A stretch of 64,000 bases of DNA from Nanobdellati archaeon (GTDB lineage Archaea > EX4484-52 > GLR71): the NCBI GenBank assembly GCA_019429125.1, contig JAHYJO010000002.1, positions 2,695 to 66,694 on the forward strand, written 5' to 3'. Position numbers and translations under genes: made by a program. This document shows, piece by piece, positions 20,507 through 29,995 of this stretch. The notes below the pieces were generated by a model. That model searched no databases, was not told where the DNA came from, and saw nothing but the letters and a program-made list of their open reading frames with translations. Numbering within the stretch: the first letter of the stretch is position 1; each line of letters starts with the position of its first letter.

Positions 20507-21013
20507 ATGAGTCTTATGAAAAATATTGAGGTTTCAAAGGTTGTATTGAATATAGGTCTTGGAAAGAATGTAGATCGTCTTGATAGTGCGATGCTTCTTG
20601 CTGAAAGACTTACGGGATGTAAACCTGTTAAGACCTTAGCTTCAAGAAAAGCAAAGACATATAAAGTCGGTAAAGGAAGAGTCATAGGAGTCAAAGTTAC
20701 AATGCGAAATCAGAAAGCTTTGGATACTCTAAAGAATCTGCTTCGTGCTAAAGGTAATAGTATTAAGAGTTCAAGTTTCGATAATGAGGGTAATTTTAAT
20801 TTCGGTTTTGAAGAATATCTTGAAGTACCCGGAATTAAATATGATCCTGCGATAGGTATTATGGGTTTTAATATAAGTGTAACTCTTGAAAGACCTGGGT
20901 TTAGAATAAAAAGAAGAAAGATTCAGAAAAGAAAAATACCTTTATCTCATAGAATTACACGGGATGAAGCTAGAGATTTTATGAAAGGGGAATTTAAAGT
21001 AGAAATCTTGTAA
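20507..21013 (+). CDS. rpl5: 50S ribosomal protein L5 (uL5)
   Basis: Operon position and L5-like sequence. Confidence 0.9.
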   Translation: MSLMKNIEVSKVVLNIGLGKNVDRLDSAMLLAERLTGCKPVKTLASRKAKTYKVGKGRVIGVKVTMRNQKALDTLKNLLRAKGNSIKSSSFDNEGNFNFGFEEYLEVPGIKYDPAIGIMGFNISVTLERPGFRIKRRKIQKRKIPLSHRITRDEARDFMKGEFKVEIL

Positions 21014-21031
21014 TTAGTTATGTGATGTTAT

Positions 21032-21265
21032 ATGGGAGATTATAGAAAACTTTTAAAACAATTGGAACAGAAAGCAAATAAGACGAAGGCTATAAAGTTT
21101 AAAAAACATAATATGCCAAAAGATAGAAATAATGGTCTGGCTCTTAATAAATGCAGAAGATGCGGCAAGACTGGTAAAGGTGTTATAAAATCATTTCATC
21201 TTAATTATTGTCGTAACTGTTTCCGTGAAATTGCGAGTAGTCTTGGTTTCAAAAAGTATGATTAA
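21032..21265 (+). CDS. rps14: 30S ribosomal protein S14 (uS14, zinc-binding type)
   Basis: CRRCGKTGKGVIKSFHLNYCRNCFRE zinc-ribbon motif. Confidence 0.8.
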   Translation: MGDYRKLLKQLEQKANKTKAIKFKKHNMPKDRNNGLALNKCRRCGKTGKGVIKSFHLNYCRNCFREIASSLGFKKYD

Positions 21266-21287
21266 AAATTAATAATGGTGATATTTT

Positions 21288-21674
21288 ATGTTGCATAATC
21301 CAATTGCAGATGTTATGACTGTTCTCAGAAATGCTGAGAGTGTCGGAAAAAAGGAGTGTATGCTGGATTATACGTCTAGTATGATGGTCAGTATAATGAA
21401 TATATTCAAGGAAAATGGGTATATCAGTGATTATAAAGTCATAGAGGATAATCAGGGTGGACATATAAAAGTTGAATTGTTGGGTATGATTAATGTTTGT
21501 AAACCAATTATACCAAGACATGCAGTTAAAAAAGATGATTATCTTAAATTTGAGAAAAGATATCTTCCCGCAAGTAATGTGGGAGTTATGATAGTATCAA
21601 CTTCAAAAGGTGTAAAAGCTCATAAAGAAACTAAAGGAAAAATTGGAGGAAGTCTAATTGCTTATGTGTATTAA
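21288..21674 (+). CDS. rps8: 30S ribosomal protein S8 (uS8)
   Basis: Operon position and S8-like sequence. Confidence 0.9.
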   Translation: MLHNPIADVMTVLRNAESVGKKECMLDYTSSMMVSIMNIFKENGYISDYKVIEDNQGGHIKVELLGMINVCKPIIPRHAVKKDDYLKFEKRYLPASNVGVMIVSTSKGVKAHKETKGKIGGSLIAYVY

Positions 21675-21723
21675 GCATTTTGACTTATTAAATTAAATTA
21701 TAATTAATTATTATGGTGTTTTT

Positions 21724-22251
21724 ATGGTGTATGAACAGAAAATCGTAATTCCTGAGGATATAAAAATAGAACTACAGGATAACGGAAAAATTGAAGTCTC
21801 AAAAGATGGAGCAAGTATTAGTAGGATTTTTGTTCATCCACATTTAATATGTAATATTTCCGATGGTGTAATTTTAATCCGTACGGAATCAAAAAGAAAT
21901 CAAGATTCTGCAGTTGTAGGAACTTGGATATCACATATAAATAATATGATTAAAGGTGTTACAAGTGGATTTGTATATACGTTGAGGATTGTATATACTC
22001 ATTTTCCTATGAATGTGTCTGTCAATGGCGATGTTGTTGACATTAAGAATTTTCTTGGAGCTAAAGGTCTTTTGAAAGCAGACATTGTGGGTGATACCAA
22101 AGTGGTTGTCAAAAAAGAAGATGTTGTTGTGTCAGGAATAAATAAAGAAGAAGTGGGTCAGACTGCTGCTAATATTGAAAGAGCTTGTAAAGTTAAAGGT
22201 AAAGACCGTAGAGTTTTTCAAGATGGAGTTTACCTCGTAAGTAAAGAATGA
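21724..22251 (+). CDS. rpl6: 50S ribosomal protein L6 (uL6)
   Basis: Operon position; two-domain L6-like sequence. Confidence 0.9.
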   Translation: MVYEQKIVIPEDIKIELQDNGKIEVSKDGASISRIFVHPHLICNISDGVILIRTESKRNQDSAVVGTWISHINNMIKGVTSGFVYTLRIVYTHFPMNVSVNGDVVDIKNFLGAKGLLKADIVGDTKVVVKKEDVVVSGINKEEVGQTAANIERACKVKGKDRRVFQDGVYLVSKE

Positions 22252-22273
22252 TAAGTATATAAATGGTGTTATT

Positions 22274-22825
22274 ATGATTAAAAGACTACTTGAAGTACGA
22301 AAACTATTAAAAAGTAAGAAACCATCATTTACTAGGCAGGATTCTTATAGGTATCTAAAGCTTGGTACTGCATGGCGTGCTAGGAAAGGTAGACATAATA
22401 AGTTTAGGATGCACAGAAGAGGTCATACAAATCCGACTCCTAGTTATGGTTCTCCTGTTAAAGTTAGAGGATTTCATGCATGTGGCAAAAAAGAAGTTAT
22501 GATTTATAATGTTTCAGATCTTGAAATAGTTAATAAGGCTGATGAAGTTGCAAGGATTTCTTCTACAGTCGGAGTTAAAAAAAGGATTGATATTGTAAAT
22601 AATGCTGATAAATTAAATATAAGTATTTTAAATCCTGGTATCTTAACTCTTAAGGCTATCAAAACAGCTTTAAAAAAAGAGAAGAATGCTAAGGCTGTCA
22701 AGACAGTTGTACCAAAGGTTAAAAAAGATACTTTTTATAAAGATGACAATAAAGACAAAGATGTATCTGCAAAAATGGAGTCTGAAAAAGCAGAGACTGA
22801 TGATATTAAAAAAACAGTTAAATAA
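22274..22825 (+). CDS. rpl32e: 50S ribosomal protein L32e with a Lys-rich C-terminal extension
   Basis: Operon position; basic N-terminal core; tail KKEKNAKAVKTVVPKVKKD... Confidence 0.8.
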   Translation: MIKRLLEVRKLLKSKKPSFTRQDSYRYLKLGTAWRARKGRHNKFRMHRRGHTNPTPSYGSPVKVRGFHACGKKEVMIYNVSDLEIVNKADEVARISSTVGVKKRIDIVNNADKLNISILNPGILTLKAIKTALKKEKNAKAVKTVVPKVKKDTFYKDDNKDKDVSAKMESEKAETDDIKKTVK

Positions 22826-22848
22826 TAATTATAAATAGGTGTATTTAG

Positions 22849-23025
22849 GTGACATTGATAACATTTTTACATGCAGGACATACAAAATGTCCGAAATGTG
22901 GAACTATTGGCAATGCACGTAATGAAAAAAAAATAAATTATTTTGAATGCCCATTGTGCAATACTGAATTTACTGATGAAATCATATTGTCTGAGGGTGT
23001 TGAAATAGAACTTACAAATAATTGA
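22849..23025 (+). CDS. small zinc-ribbon protein (58 aa; CPKC..x20..CPLC), GTG start
   Basis: Hand-translated as VTLITFLHAGHTKCPKCGTIGNARNEKKINYFECPLCNTEFTDEIILSEGVEIELTNN. It is on the same strand as the operon, between L32e and L19e. Confidence 0.35.
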   Translation: MTLITFLHAGHTKCPKCGTIGNARNEKKINYFECPLCNTEFTDEIILSEGVEIELTNN

Positions 23026-23047
23026 ATGTAATATTGATGTGATTTTT

Positions 23048-23488
23048 ATGAACACGAGACAGCAAAAAGAACTGGCCGCAAGAATGCTTAATGTAGGGAA
23101 GGATCGAATTTGGGTTAGTCCTGATAATGCTGATGATGTAAACTCTGCAATAACACGTCATGATATAAGGACCCTTATTAGTAAGGACATTATAAAAGTT
23201 GCGTCTTTAAAGGGTCAGAGTAGAGTTCGTGCAAGGAAGATTGCAATACAGAAGAAAAAATCCCTAAGGTGTGGGTCCGGTTCAAGAAAAGGAACAGCAA
23301 AAACACGATCATATCCTAAAGTAGAGTGGATGAAAAAAATAAGAGCTTTAAGGTCTGAGCTTTTAAAGTTAAAAGCAAAAGAAGTTATACTTTCAACAGA
23401 ATATACAAAGCTTTACCGTCTTTCAACAAGCGGTTTTTTCAGAAATAAAGCTCACCTGAACTTGTATATAAAGAAACTAAAAGAATAA
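23048..23488 (+). CDS. rpl19e: 50S ribosomal protein L19e
   Basis: Operon position; the RQQKELAARML..GKDRIW N-terminus is typical of L19e. Confidence 0.85.
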   Translation: MNTRQQKELAARMLNVGKDRIWVSPDNADDVNSAITRHDIRTLISKDIIKVASLKGQSRVRARKIAIQKKKSLRCGSGSRKGTAKTRSYPKVEWMKKIRALRSELLKLKAKEVILSTEYTKLYRLSTSGFFRNKAHLNLYIKKLKE

Positions 23489-23514
23489 TTATTGTATGAT
23501 ATATGGTGAATCTA

Positions 23515-24078
23515 ATGAACTCAAAACATCTTTCACATTTTAGAAGAAGAATAGAAGGCAAGACTAATTACAAGAAAAGGCTTAATCTTTTGATATCTGG
23601 TAAACCTCGTATGGTTGTACGTAGATCTAATACCAAAATGATTGTGCAGATTGTAACTTCTGTTCATGGACAGGATAAAACAGTTGTTGCTGTTGATTCA
23701 TCATTTCTTGCTAAAATTGGATGGAAAGGTTCATTAAAGAATATACCTGCTGCTTATTTAACTGGTCTTCAGCTTGCAGTACTTGCAAAATCTAATAAGG
23801 TTGATAATGCAATACTTGATATAGGGCTTTTGACACCTACTAAAGGTGCAGTAATATTTGCAGTTTTGAAAGGTGCAGTTGATGGTGGTCTTGAAATACC
23901 TAATTCGCCAGATAATATACCCTCTGATGAAAGAATTGTGGGTACACATATTGATGCTTATAGAAAGACATCTATAGTTAAAGAGTTTGAAAAAGTAAAA
24001 AATAAAATACTTGCAGGTTCTTCAGTAAAATCAGAAAAAAAAGAATCAATTAAAGAGGAATCTAAAAGTAAGAAATAA
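23515..24078 (+). CDS. rpl18: 50S ribosomal protein L18 (uL18)
   Basis: Operon position; ATG 7 nt after GGTGAA; Lys-rich C-terminus. Confidence 0.85.
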   Translation: MNSKHLSHFRRRIEGKTNYKKRLNLLISGKPRMVVRRSNTKMIVQIVTSVHGQDKTVVAVDSSFLAKIGWKGSLKNIPAAYLTGLQLAVLAKSNKVDNAILDIGLLTPTKGAVIFAVLKGAVDGGLEIPNSPDNIPSDERIVGTHIDAYRKTSIVKEFEKVKNKILAGSSVKSEKKESIKEESKSKK

Positions 24079-24099
24079 ATTTGAGTATATGTGATTATT

Positions 24100-24825
24100 A
24101 TGGCAGATTTTAGAAGAAGGGATTCTGAGAAAAGAGATATTAAGGAGACTTGGGTTCCTAAGACTGAACTTGGAAGAAAAGTTATGAATGGGGAAATCAA
24201 AAGTATCAAAGAAATATTTGAGCAGGGTCTTGTCATAAGAGAATCCGAGATTGTTGATTTTTTAGTACCTGAAATAAAAGATCAGGTTATACAGATTGGT
24301 GGTAATCCTGGTAAAGGTGGAAGTATTACACGAACACCTATAAGGTATACTAACAGAATGCATAAATCCGGTAGGCGTCGTTCTATTCATGCACTTGTTG
24401 CAGTTGGTAATGGTGATGGTCTAATCGGTCTTGGTTATGCTAGCAGTAAAGATGTCCCAACAACTATTGCTAATGCTGTCAAGAAAGCTAAACTTAATAT
24501 TATCCCAATTAGGAGAGGTTGCGGTTCATGGGAATGTGAATGTAGATCTCATCACTCAATACCTTTTAAAACAGAATCAAAATGTGGGTCTGTCAATGTG
24601 ACTCTTATGCCTGCACCTAAAGGGATTGGTCTTTGTGTTGCTAAAGAAGCAAAAACACTTATGACTCTTGCTGGTATAACTGATGTATGGGGTAAAAGTC
24701 GTGGTCAGACAAAGACAAGGCTTAATTTTGTGAAAGCTATATTTGGTTCATTGAAGAAACTTAACAATATGAGAGTTTCAGATGATGCTAAAAAATCAAC
24801 GGGTATGGTTGATGGGATAATTTAA
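24100..24825 (+). CDS. rps5: 30S ribosomal protein S5 (uS5)
   Basis: Operon position; S5 dsRBD-like and C-terminal domains. Confidence 0.9.
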   Translation: MADFRRRDSEKRDIKETWVPKTELGRKVMNGEIKSIKEIFEQGLVIRESEIVDFLVPEIKDQVIQIGGNPGKGGSITRTPIRYTNRMHKSGRRRSIHALVAVGNGDGLIGLGYASSKDVPTTIANAVKKAKLNIIPIRRGCGSWECECRSHHSIPFKTESKCGSVNVTLMPAPKGIGLCVAKEAKTLMTLAGITDVWGKSRGQTKTRLNFVKAIFGSLKKLNNMRVSDDAKKSTGMVDGII

Positions 24826-24842
24826 ATTATTTTGTGATTATT

Positions 24843-25283
24843 ATGTCAAAATTATATGCAGTTATAAGGGTCAGAGGTACCGTGGGCATAAACAAGAATA
24901 TAAAATATACTCTTGAATCGTTGAGGCTTACAAAACCTAATCATTGTGTCATCATTCCTAAAAATGAATATATGGATGGTATGCTTAATAAAGCAAAGGA
25001 TTATATCACTTGGGGCGAAGTCTCAGATGATATGCTGAATAATCTTGTGTCTAAAAGAGGTAGGATTAGTTCTAAATTATTTGCAGATAGTAAAATTGCG
25101 GCATCCGCAGTCAAAATGATTAAGGATAGCAAGATTAATGATTCTGGCATAAGGCCTGTGTTTAGGTTATCTCCACCTGTTAAAGGGCATGAACGTGGTG
25201 GGATAAAAAGAACTTTTGTTCAGAATGGCGTATTAGGGTATAGAGGAGATAAAATTAATGATCTTCTAACCAAGATGATTTAA
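24843..25283 (+). CDS. rpl30: 50S ribosomal protein L30 (uL30)
   Basis: Operon position; MSKLYAVIRVRG N-terminus. Confidence 0.85.
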   Translation: MSKLYAVIRVRGTVGINKNIKYTLESLRLTKPNHCVIIPKNEYMDGMLNKAKDYITWGEVSDDMLNNLVSKRGRISSKLFADSKIAASAVKMIKDSKINDSGIRPVFRLSPPVKGHERGGIKRTFVQNGVLGYRGDKINDLLTKMI

Positions 25284-25306
25284 ATATATCCAATTTCGTG
25301 ATTAAT

Positions 25307-25756
25307 ATGGTTGTAAACAAAACAAAAAAAGTACGGAAACTCAGAGGTTCTAGGACTCATGCTTGGGGTTCTCCTAAAAAACATAGGGGTGCTGGAAGCC
25401 GAGGTGGTCGTGGTATGGCTGGTTCCGGAAAGAAAGGACAACAAAAAATGTCAGCTCTTAATAATATTAAACAACGGATTGGTAAATCTGGTTTTGTTAG
25501 GCCTAGTAAGGTTATAATAAATGATGTTACTATCAATCTATCAAAGATTGAACTTAATATTGATAATTATTTGGCATCTGGGGTAGCTATTAAGTCTGGT
25601 GCTATATATGATATTGATTTAAGTAAGGCGGGCGTACAGAAAGTTCTGGGTAGTGGTATTTTAATCTCAAAGATGAATATTATTGCAAAGAAATTTTCAA
25701 CTACTGCTATTGAGAAAATTGAAAAAGCCGGTGGAAAAGCAATAGTTTTAGAGTAA
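25307..25756 (+). CDS. rpl15: 50S ribosomal protein L15 (uL15)
   Basis: Operon position; glycine/arginine-rich N-terminal region. Confidence 0.85.
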   Translation: MVVNKTKKVRKLRGSRTHAWGSPKKHRGAGSRGGRGMAGSGKKGQQKMSALNNIKQRIGKSGFVRPSKVIINDVTINLSKIELNIDNYLASGVAIKSGAIYDIDLSKAGVQKVLGSGILISKMNIIAKKFSTTAIEKIEKAGGKAIVLE

Positions 25757-25901
25757 TCTTTTATTATTGTTAAGCTTTTTTTGTTTTTTATAGTATATAT
25801 CTATTTATATATGGTTTTTCATATATAGTTAGCAGGCATTTATATTGTCTGTTTTAGTCTTAATTAATGTTGTTTTAACATATGTTTATGGTGTATATTT
25901 A

Positions 25902-27263
25902 ATGAATTATGAGTCTTTGATACAGAAGCTTCCTGGTGTGGCAAAACCACTAAAGAAACTTACATTTAAGGAAAAGCTTAAATGGACTCTTCTTGGTCTT
26001 CTATTTTATTATGTTCTTTCAGAAATTGCAGTCTGGGGTGTTGCTTCAACAGCTATTGCTCAGTTTCAGGCACTTGAAGATATTATGGGTGCCAGTTTCG
26101 GTTCTATAATTACGCTAGGTATAGGGCCTATTGTCACCTCAAGTATATTTTTGCAGTTGTTGACAGGGTCTGGTATAATTAACTGGGATCTTTCAACGCA
26201 TCATGGAAAAGTTATGTTTCAGGGAACTCAAAAGATATTAACCTACGTTTTGTGTTTTGTAGAGGCTGCTGCATATACTCTTATGGGTGCGATACAACCT
26301 ATGAATTTCTTGCCTATGACTGTAGGTCTTGTCATTTTTCAGATTGCACTTGGTGGTATTATAATTGTGTTTTTAGATGAGGTTGTGAGTAAATGGGGGT
26401 TTGGTTCTGGTGTATCACTTTTCATTGCAGCAGGTGTCAGCAAGCAGATATTTTTGAGATTGTTTAATCCATTTGGTACGACTGGTACACCATCTGGAGT
26501 CATACCATATTTCATATCATCAATTATGTCAGGTGTTCCTGATTTCTTGTCATTATTGCCCGTACTTACGACATTATTTATATTTGGTATGGTGGTGTAT
26601 GCTCAGGCTATGCGGGTTGAGATACCTCTGGCGTTTGGTTCTGTACGTGGGTTCGGTAGGAAATGGCCTTTGAAATTCATTTATACTTCAGTTATTCCTG
26701 TTATTTTAGCTGCTGCACTTTTGATTAATTTTAAAGTATGGGGTCAGCTTTTGGCATCGCGAGGGTTCCCTTTGTTAGGTACTTTTAGTGCGGATGGTGT
26801 TCCTTTGTCAGGTCTTGTATATTATCTTAGTCCTCCATCTAATTTTATATGGAATCTTGTCACGCTTAATATTGTTTTTGATGATGTATTGAGAGTTATT
26901 ATATATACTACCTTTTTTGTTATGGCGAGTGTTGTGTTCTCAATATTCTGGATGCATAGTTCTAATATGGATTCTCGTTCGGTAGCTAAACAGATACAGA
27001 ATAGTGGTATGCAGATTCCAGGATTCCGTAGAGATATACGGGTTGTAGAAAGAGTTCTTGATAGGTATATACCAAGTCTTGCTGTTTTAGGTGGTGCATT
27101 TGTTGGTCTGCTTGCAGCATTCGCTGATTTGACTGGTGCACTTGCGGGTGGTACTGGTATACTGTTGGCAGTTATGATTATTTATCAGTTATATGAAGAG
27201 GTATCAGTGCAGCATGTTGAAGATATGTACCCATCACTTAGAAAATTCATGGGTAAGTTGTGA
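25902..27263 (+). CDS. secY: preprotein translocase subunit SecY
   Basis: Ten-TM protein at the canonical position after L15. Start set to the ATG at 25902, which follows GGTGTA. Confidence 0.9.
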   Translation: MNYESLIQKLPGVAKPLKKLTFKEKLKWTLLGLLFYYVLSEIAVWGVASTAIAQFQALEDIMGASFGSIITLGIGPIVTSSIFLQLLTGSGIINWDLSTHHGKVMFQGTQKILTYVLCFVEAAAYTLMGAIQPMNFLPMTVGLVIFQIALGGIIIVFLDEVVSKWGFGSGVSLFIAAGVSKQIFLRLFNPFGTTGTPSGVIPYFISSIMSGVPDFLSLLPVLTTLFIFGMVVYAQAMRVEIPLAFGSVRGFGRKWPLKFIYTSVIPVILAAALLINFKVWGQLLASRGFPLLGTFSADGVPLSGLVYYLSPPSNFIWNLVTLNIVFDDVLRVIIYTTFFVMASVVFSIFWMHSSNMDSRSVAKQIQNSGMQIPGFRRDIRVVERVLDRYIPSLAVLGGAFVGLLAAFADLTGALAGGTGILLAVMIIYQLYEEVSVQHVEDMYPSLRKFMGKL

Positions 27264-27268
27264 TATTT

Positions 27269-27973
27269 ATGGTCGGCGGGGTTTTAATCAATATTGGTAA
27301 TATTCTATTTAGTCCACTTTTAGAGCTTGAACCAGTATATGCTGTATCTATTGTTGCTTCTTTTTTGTCTTTTGTATTCGTTGTTGCCAATAAGATGTTA
27401 GTAAATCAGGAGAAGTTGAAACATGTTAAACATGAGATGAAAACAGTTCAGAAAGATATTAAAAAGGCAAGATTAAAAAATGACGAAAAAGAGATGAAAC
27501 ATCTTTGGGAAAAGAGTATGAAGTTGAATCATCAGCAGCTTAAGATGGTACTTAAACCTATGATGGTGTCTATGCTTTTGATATTTATAGTGTTTCCTTG
27601 GATGCGATTTACATATGGTGATGTGATTTCTCCTGTTAATGATTCCTCCGCACTTTTTGTGCGTGGTGATTTTGAGAATGCGTTTACAGTGCATGTAGGT
27701 GTTGGTGGTGGTGATGTCACTTTTGTTGATGATATTACTGGCATTGCATATTCTTTAGGTGATAAGGTTATGCTTTTAGGGAGAGAGTGGACTATTGAGT
27801 ATAAACCGTCGTCTCATGGTGATGAGTTGTCATCCGTTGTGTTTAAGACTATGAAAATAAAGTTACCTATTCGTCTTCCGTTGGTAGGTGGTTTTGTTGG
27901 TTGGCTTGGTATGTATATACTTATGTCTATACCATCTACAATTGTTTTTAGAAAATTGTTGGGTGTGCAGTGA
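27269..27973 (+). CDS. DUF106 / archaeal YidC-Oxa1-like membrane protein (putative insertase)
   Basis: TM helix, then a basic coiled-coil region, then two further TM helices, immediately after secY. Topology matches the DUF106/EMC3-like family. It has an unusual ~90-aa C-terminal extension. Confidence 0.45.
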   Translation: MVGGVLINIGNILFSPLLELEPVYAVSIVASFLSFVFVVANKMLVNQEKLKHVKHEMKTVQKDIKKARLKNDEKEMKHLWEKSMKLNHQQLKMVLKPMMVSMLLIFIVFPWMRFTYGDVISPVNDSSALFVRGDFENAFTVHVGVGGGDVTFVDDITGIAYSLGDKVMLLGREWTIEYKPSSHGDELSSVVFKTMKIKLPIRLPLVGGFVGWLGMYILMSIPSTIVFRKLLGVQ

Positions 27974-28128
27974 TTAATTATTAATGATTGAAAAGATTAA
28001 TATGCTTGTAGGATTAGTGTAATAGGATTTAAGAATGTGTTTATTTTAAAAAGATTTGTGTTGAAATTGTTATCTATTGGTTAAAAATTATGTTTATGTT
28101 ATTTATTTAGTTAAAGGAGATGTAGAAT

Positions 28129-28392
28129 ATGGAACCACGATTTAGGTCAAGATCATTTAAAAGGATAGAAACAAGTCTTCCTGGCGGAAAAAATGTCCTT
28201 CATTATAGGCGTAAGGGTGTGGCAAAAGCGCATTGTGCAACATGTGGTGTACCTCTTTCAGGAGTACCTACAGGTGGCAAAGGCGAAATTGCTAAACTTG
28301 CAAAGACTGAAAAGAGACCAGAACGTCCTTATGGCGGTGTCCTTTGTAGTAGATGTGGACGAGAAAATATAAAAGTCAAATCAAGACTTTAA
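28129..28392 (+). CDS. rpl34e: 50S ribosomal protein L34e
   Basis: FRSRSFKRI...HYRRKG N-terminus and a C..C zinc motif. Confidence 0.8.
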   Translation: MEPRFRSRSFKRIETSLPGGKNVLHYRRKGVAKAHCATCGVPLSGVPTGGKGEIAKLAKTEKRPERPYGGVLCSRCGRENIKVKSRL

Positions 28393-28413
28393 TTTATATA
28401 TTAGGTGATAATT

Positions 28414-28689
28414 ATGTCAGCAATTACAATGGGTAGAATTTGTGTAAAGACTGCAGGAAAAGATGCAGCAAAATATTGTGTGATTACGGAAGTTATAGAT
28501 GATGATTTTGTTGAGATTACAGGTCCAAAAGCGCTTACAAGTATAAAGAGAAAAAGATGCAATGTTTTACATCTTGAGCCTATAGCAGACTTTGTGACAA
28601 TAAAGGCAAAAGCAACAGATGAAGATATAATTAAAGCAATAAATGTTGCAAAACTTACAGAAAAGATGGAAGCGGGACTTAAGCTTTGA
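28414..28689 (+). CDS. rpl14e: 50S ribosomal protein L14e
   Basis: GRICVKTAGKDAAKYCVI KOW-like N-terminus; archaeal position before cbf5. Confidence 0.7.
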   Translation: MSAITMGRICVKTAGKDAAKYCVITEVIDDDFVEITGPKALTSIKRKRCNVLHLEPIADFVTIKAKATDEDIIKAINVAKLTEKMEAGLKL

Positions 28690-28695
28690 TTTCTT

Positions 28696-29667
28696 ATGTT
28701 AAATAATGAGACCGGATGGATCGTAAAAGAAGAAGCTGAGAGTGATTCTAAATACGGTTGTTTTCCTCATGAACGAACTATTGAAGAATGTTTAAACAAT
28801 GGTCTTGTCATAATTGATAAGCCTGCGGGTCCCACTTCGCATCAGGTTGCAGCGTGGATTCGTGATGTTTTAGGCGCTAAAAAAGTTGGTCATGCAGGAA
28901 CTCTGGATCCACAAGTAACGGGTGTACTTCCATCTCTTATAAATAATGCTACAAAAATAACTCCTGCTCTTCTTACTGAAGGCAAAGAATATGTATTTAT
29001 AATGATGTTGCATTCTGATGTTTCTGAAAAACTTATAAAAAATACTGTTTCTGATTTTATTGGTACTATTGTGCAGATGCCACCTGTCAAGTCTGCTGTT
29101 AAGAGACGACTGCGTCAGAGAAATATATATTCGCTTGATATTCTTGAAATCTCGGGTAGATATGTTCTTTTTAAGGCTGATGTGCAGGCTGGAACGTATA
29201 TACGTACATTATGTGTGGATTTAGGTAAAAGAATGGAGGTTAAAGCACATATGCATGCTCTTCGAAGAACTCGTGCAGGTCCATTTTATGAAAATCAGGC
29301 AGTTACACTTCATGATCTTAAAGATGCTTTTGTGGCTTGGAAAGAGGATGGGGATGAATCAAAGCTTCGTGAGATTATAAAGCCTGTCGAGTTTGGGGTC
29401 AAGCATATGAGGACCATACTTGTCAAGGATTCTACTGTCTCTGCTTTATGTCATGGCGCACCTCTCCATATTGGTGGGATTTCAAAATTATCTAAAGGCA
29501 TTGAAGTTGATGACCAGATTGTTATAAAGAGCCTTAAAGGTGAACTGATAGGTATTGGTACGGCTTGCATGGAATCTGAAGATATAAAGGTTCAGAAGAA
29601 AGGCATTGTTGCAACACTTAACCGACTTGTCATGAAAGAAGATTTATATCCACGCATGTGGAAATAG
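28696..29667 (+). CDS. cbf5: tRNA pseudouridine synthase Cbf5 (TruB family with PUA domain)
   Basis: GHAGTLDPQVTG catalytic motif and a C-terminal PUA-like region. Confidence 0.9.
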   Translation: MLNNETGWIVKEEAESDSKYGCFPHERTIEECLNNGLVIIDKPAGPTSHQVAAWIRDVLGAKKVGHAGTLDPQVTGVLPSLINNATKITPALLTEGKEYVFIMMLHSDVSEKLIKNTVSDFIGTIVQMPPVKSAVKRRLRQRNIYSLDILEISGRYVLFKADVQAGTYIRTLCVDLGKRMEVKAHMHALRRTRAGPFYENQAVTLHDLKDAFVAWKEDGDESKLREIIKPVEFGVKHMRTILVKDSTVSALCHGAPLHIGGISKLSKGIEVDDQIVIKSLKGELIGIGTACMESEDIKVQKKGIVATLNRLVMKEDLYPRMWK

Positions 29668-29757
29668 AAGTAGTGTCTATTTATTGGATGGTTATTATGT
29701 ATATTATTGTTGTAAATATTTTTATTGATTTTATTTAGGATATTATGTGATGTTTAT

Positions 29758-29964
29758 ATGGTTTTTAAAAAAGATTTGCTTGATATACTTGCTTGTCCTA
29801 GCTGCAAAGGCGATGTGTCTTTTAAGGGGATGTTTATTGTTTGTGAAGGGTGCAAGCTTGCGTTTCCGGTTCTAGAAACAGATGTTCCTGATATGCTGAT
29901 TGATGATGCTTGGGTATTGTCTAAGGCTGAAAAAGCTGGATTTAAGCATAATCTTAAGCTTTGA
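29758..29964 (+). CDS. Trm112-like small zinc-finger protein (UPF0434-like)
   Basis: The pattern LACPSCKG...CEGCKLAFPVLETDVPDML is typical of Trm112/YcaR. Confidence 0.5.
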   Translation: MVFKKDLLDILACPSCKGDVSFKGMFIVCEGCKLAFPVLETDVPDMLIDDAWVLSKAEKAGFKHNLKL

Positions 29965-29995
29965 TGTGTGATATTTTTTAAAGTTTGGATTCTAT

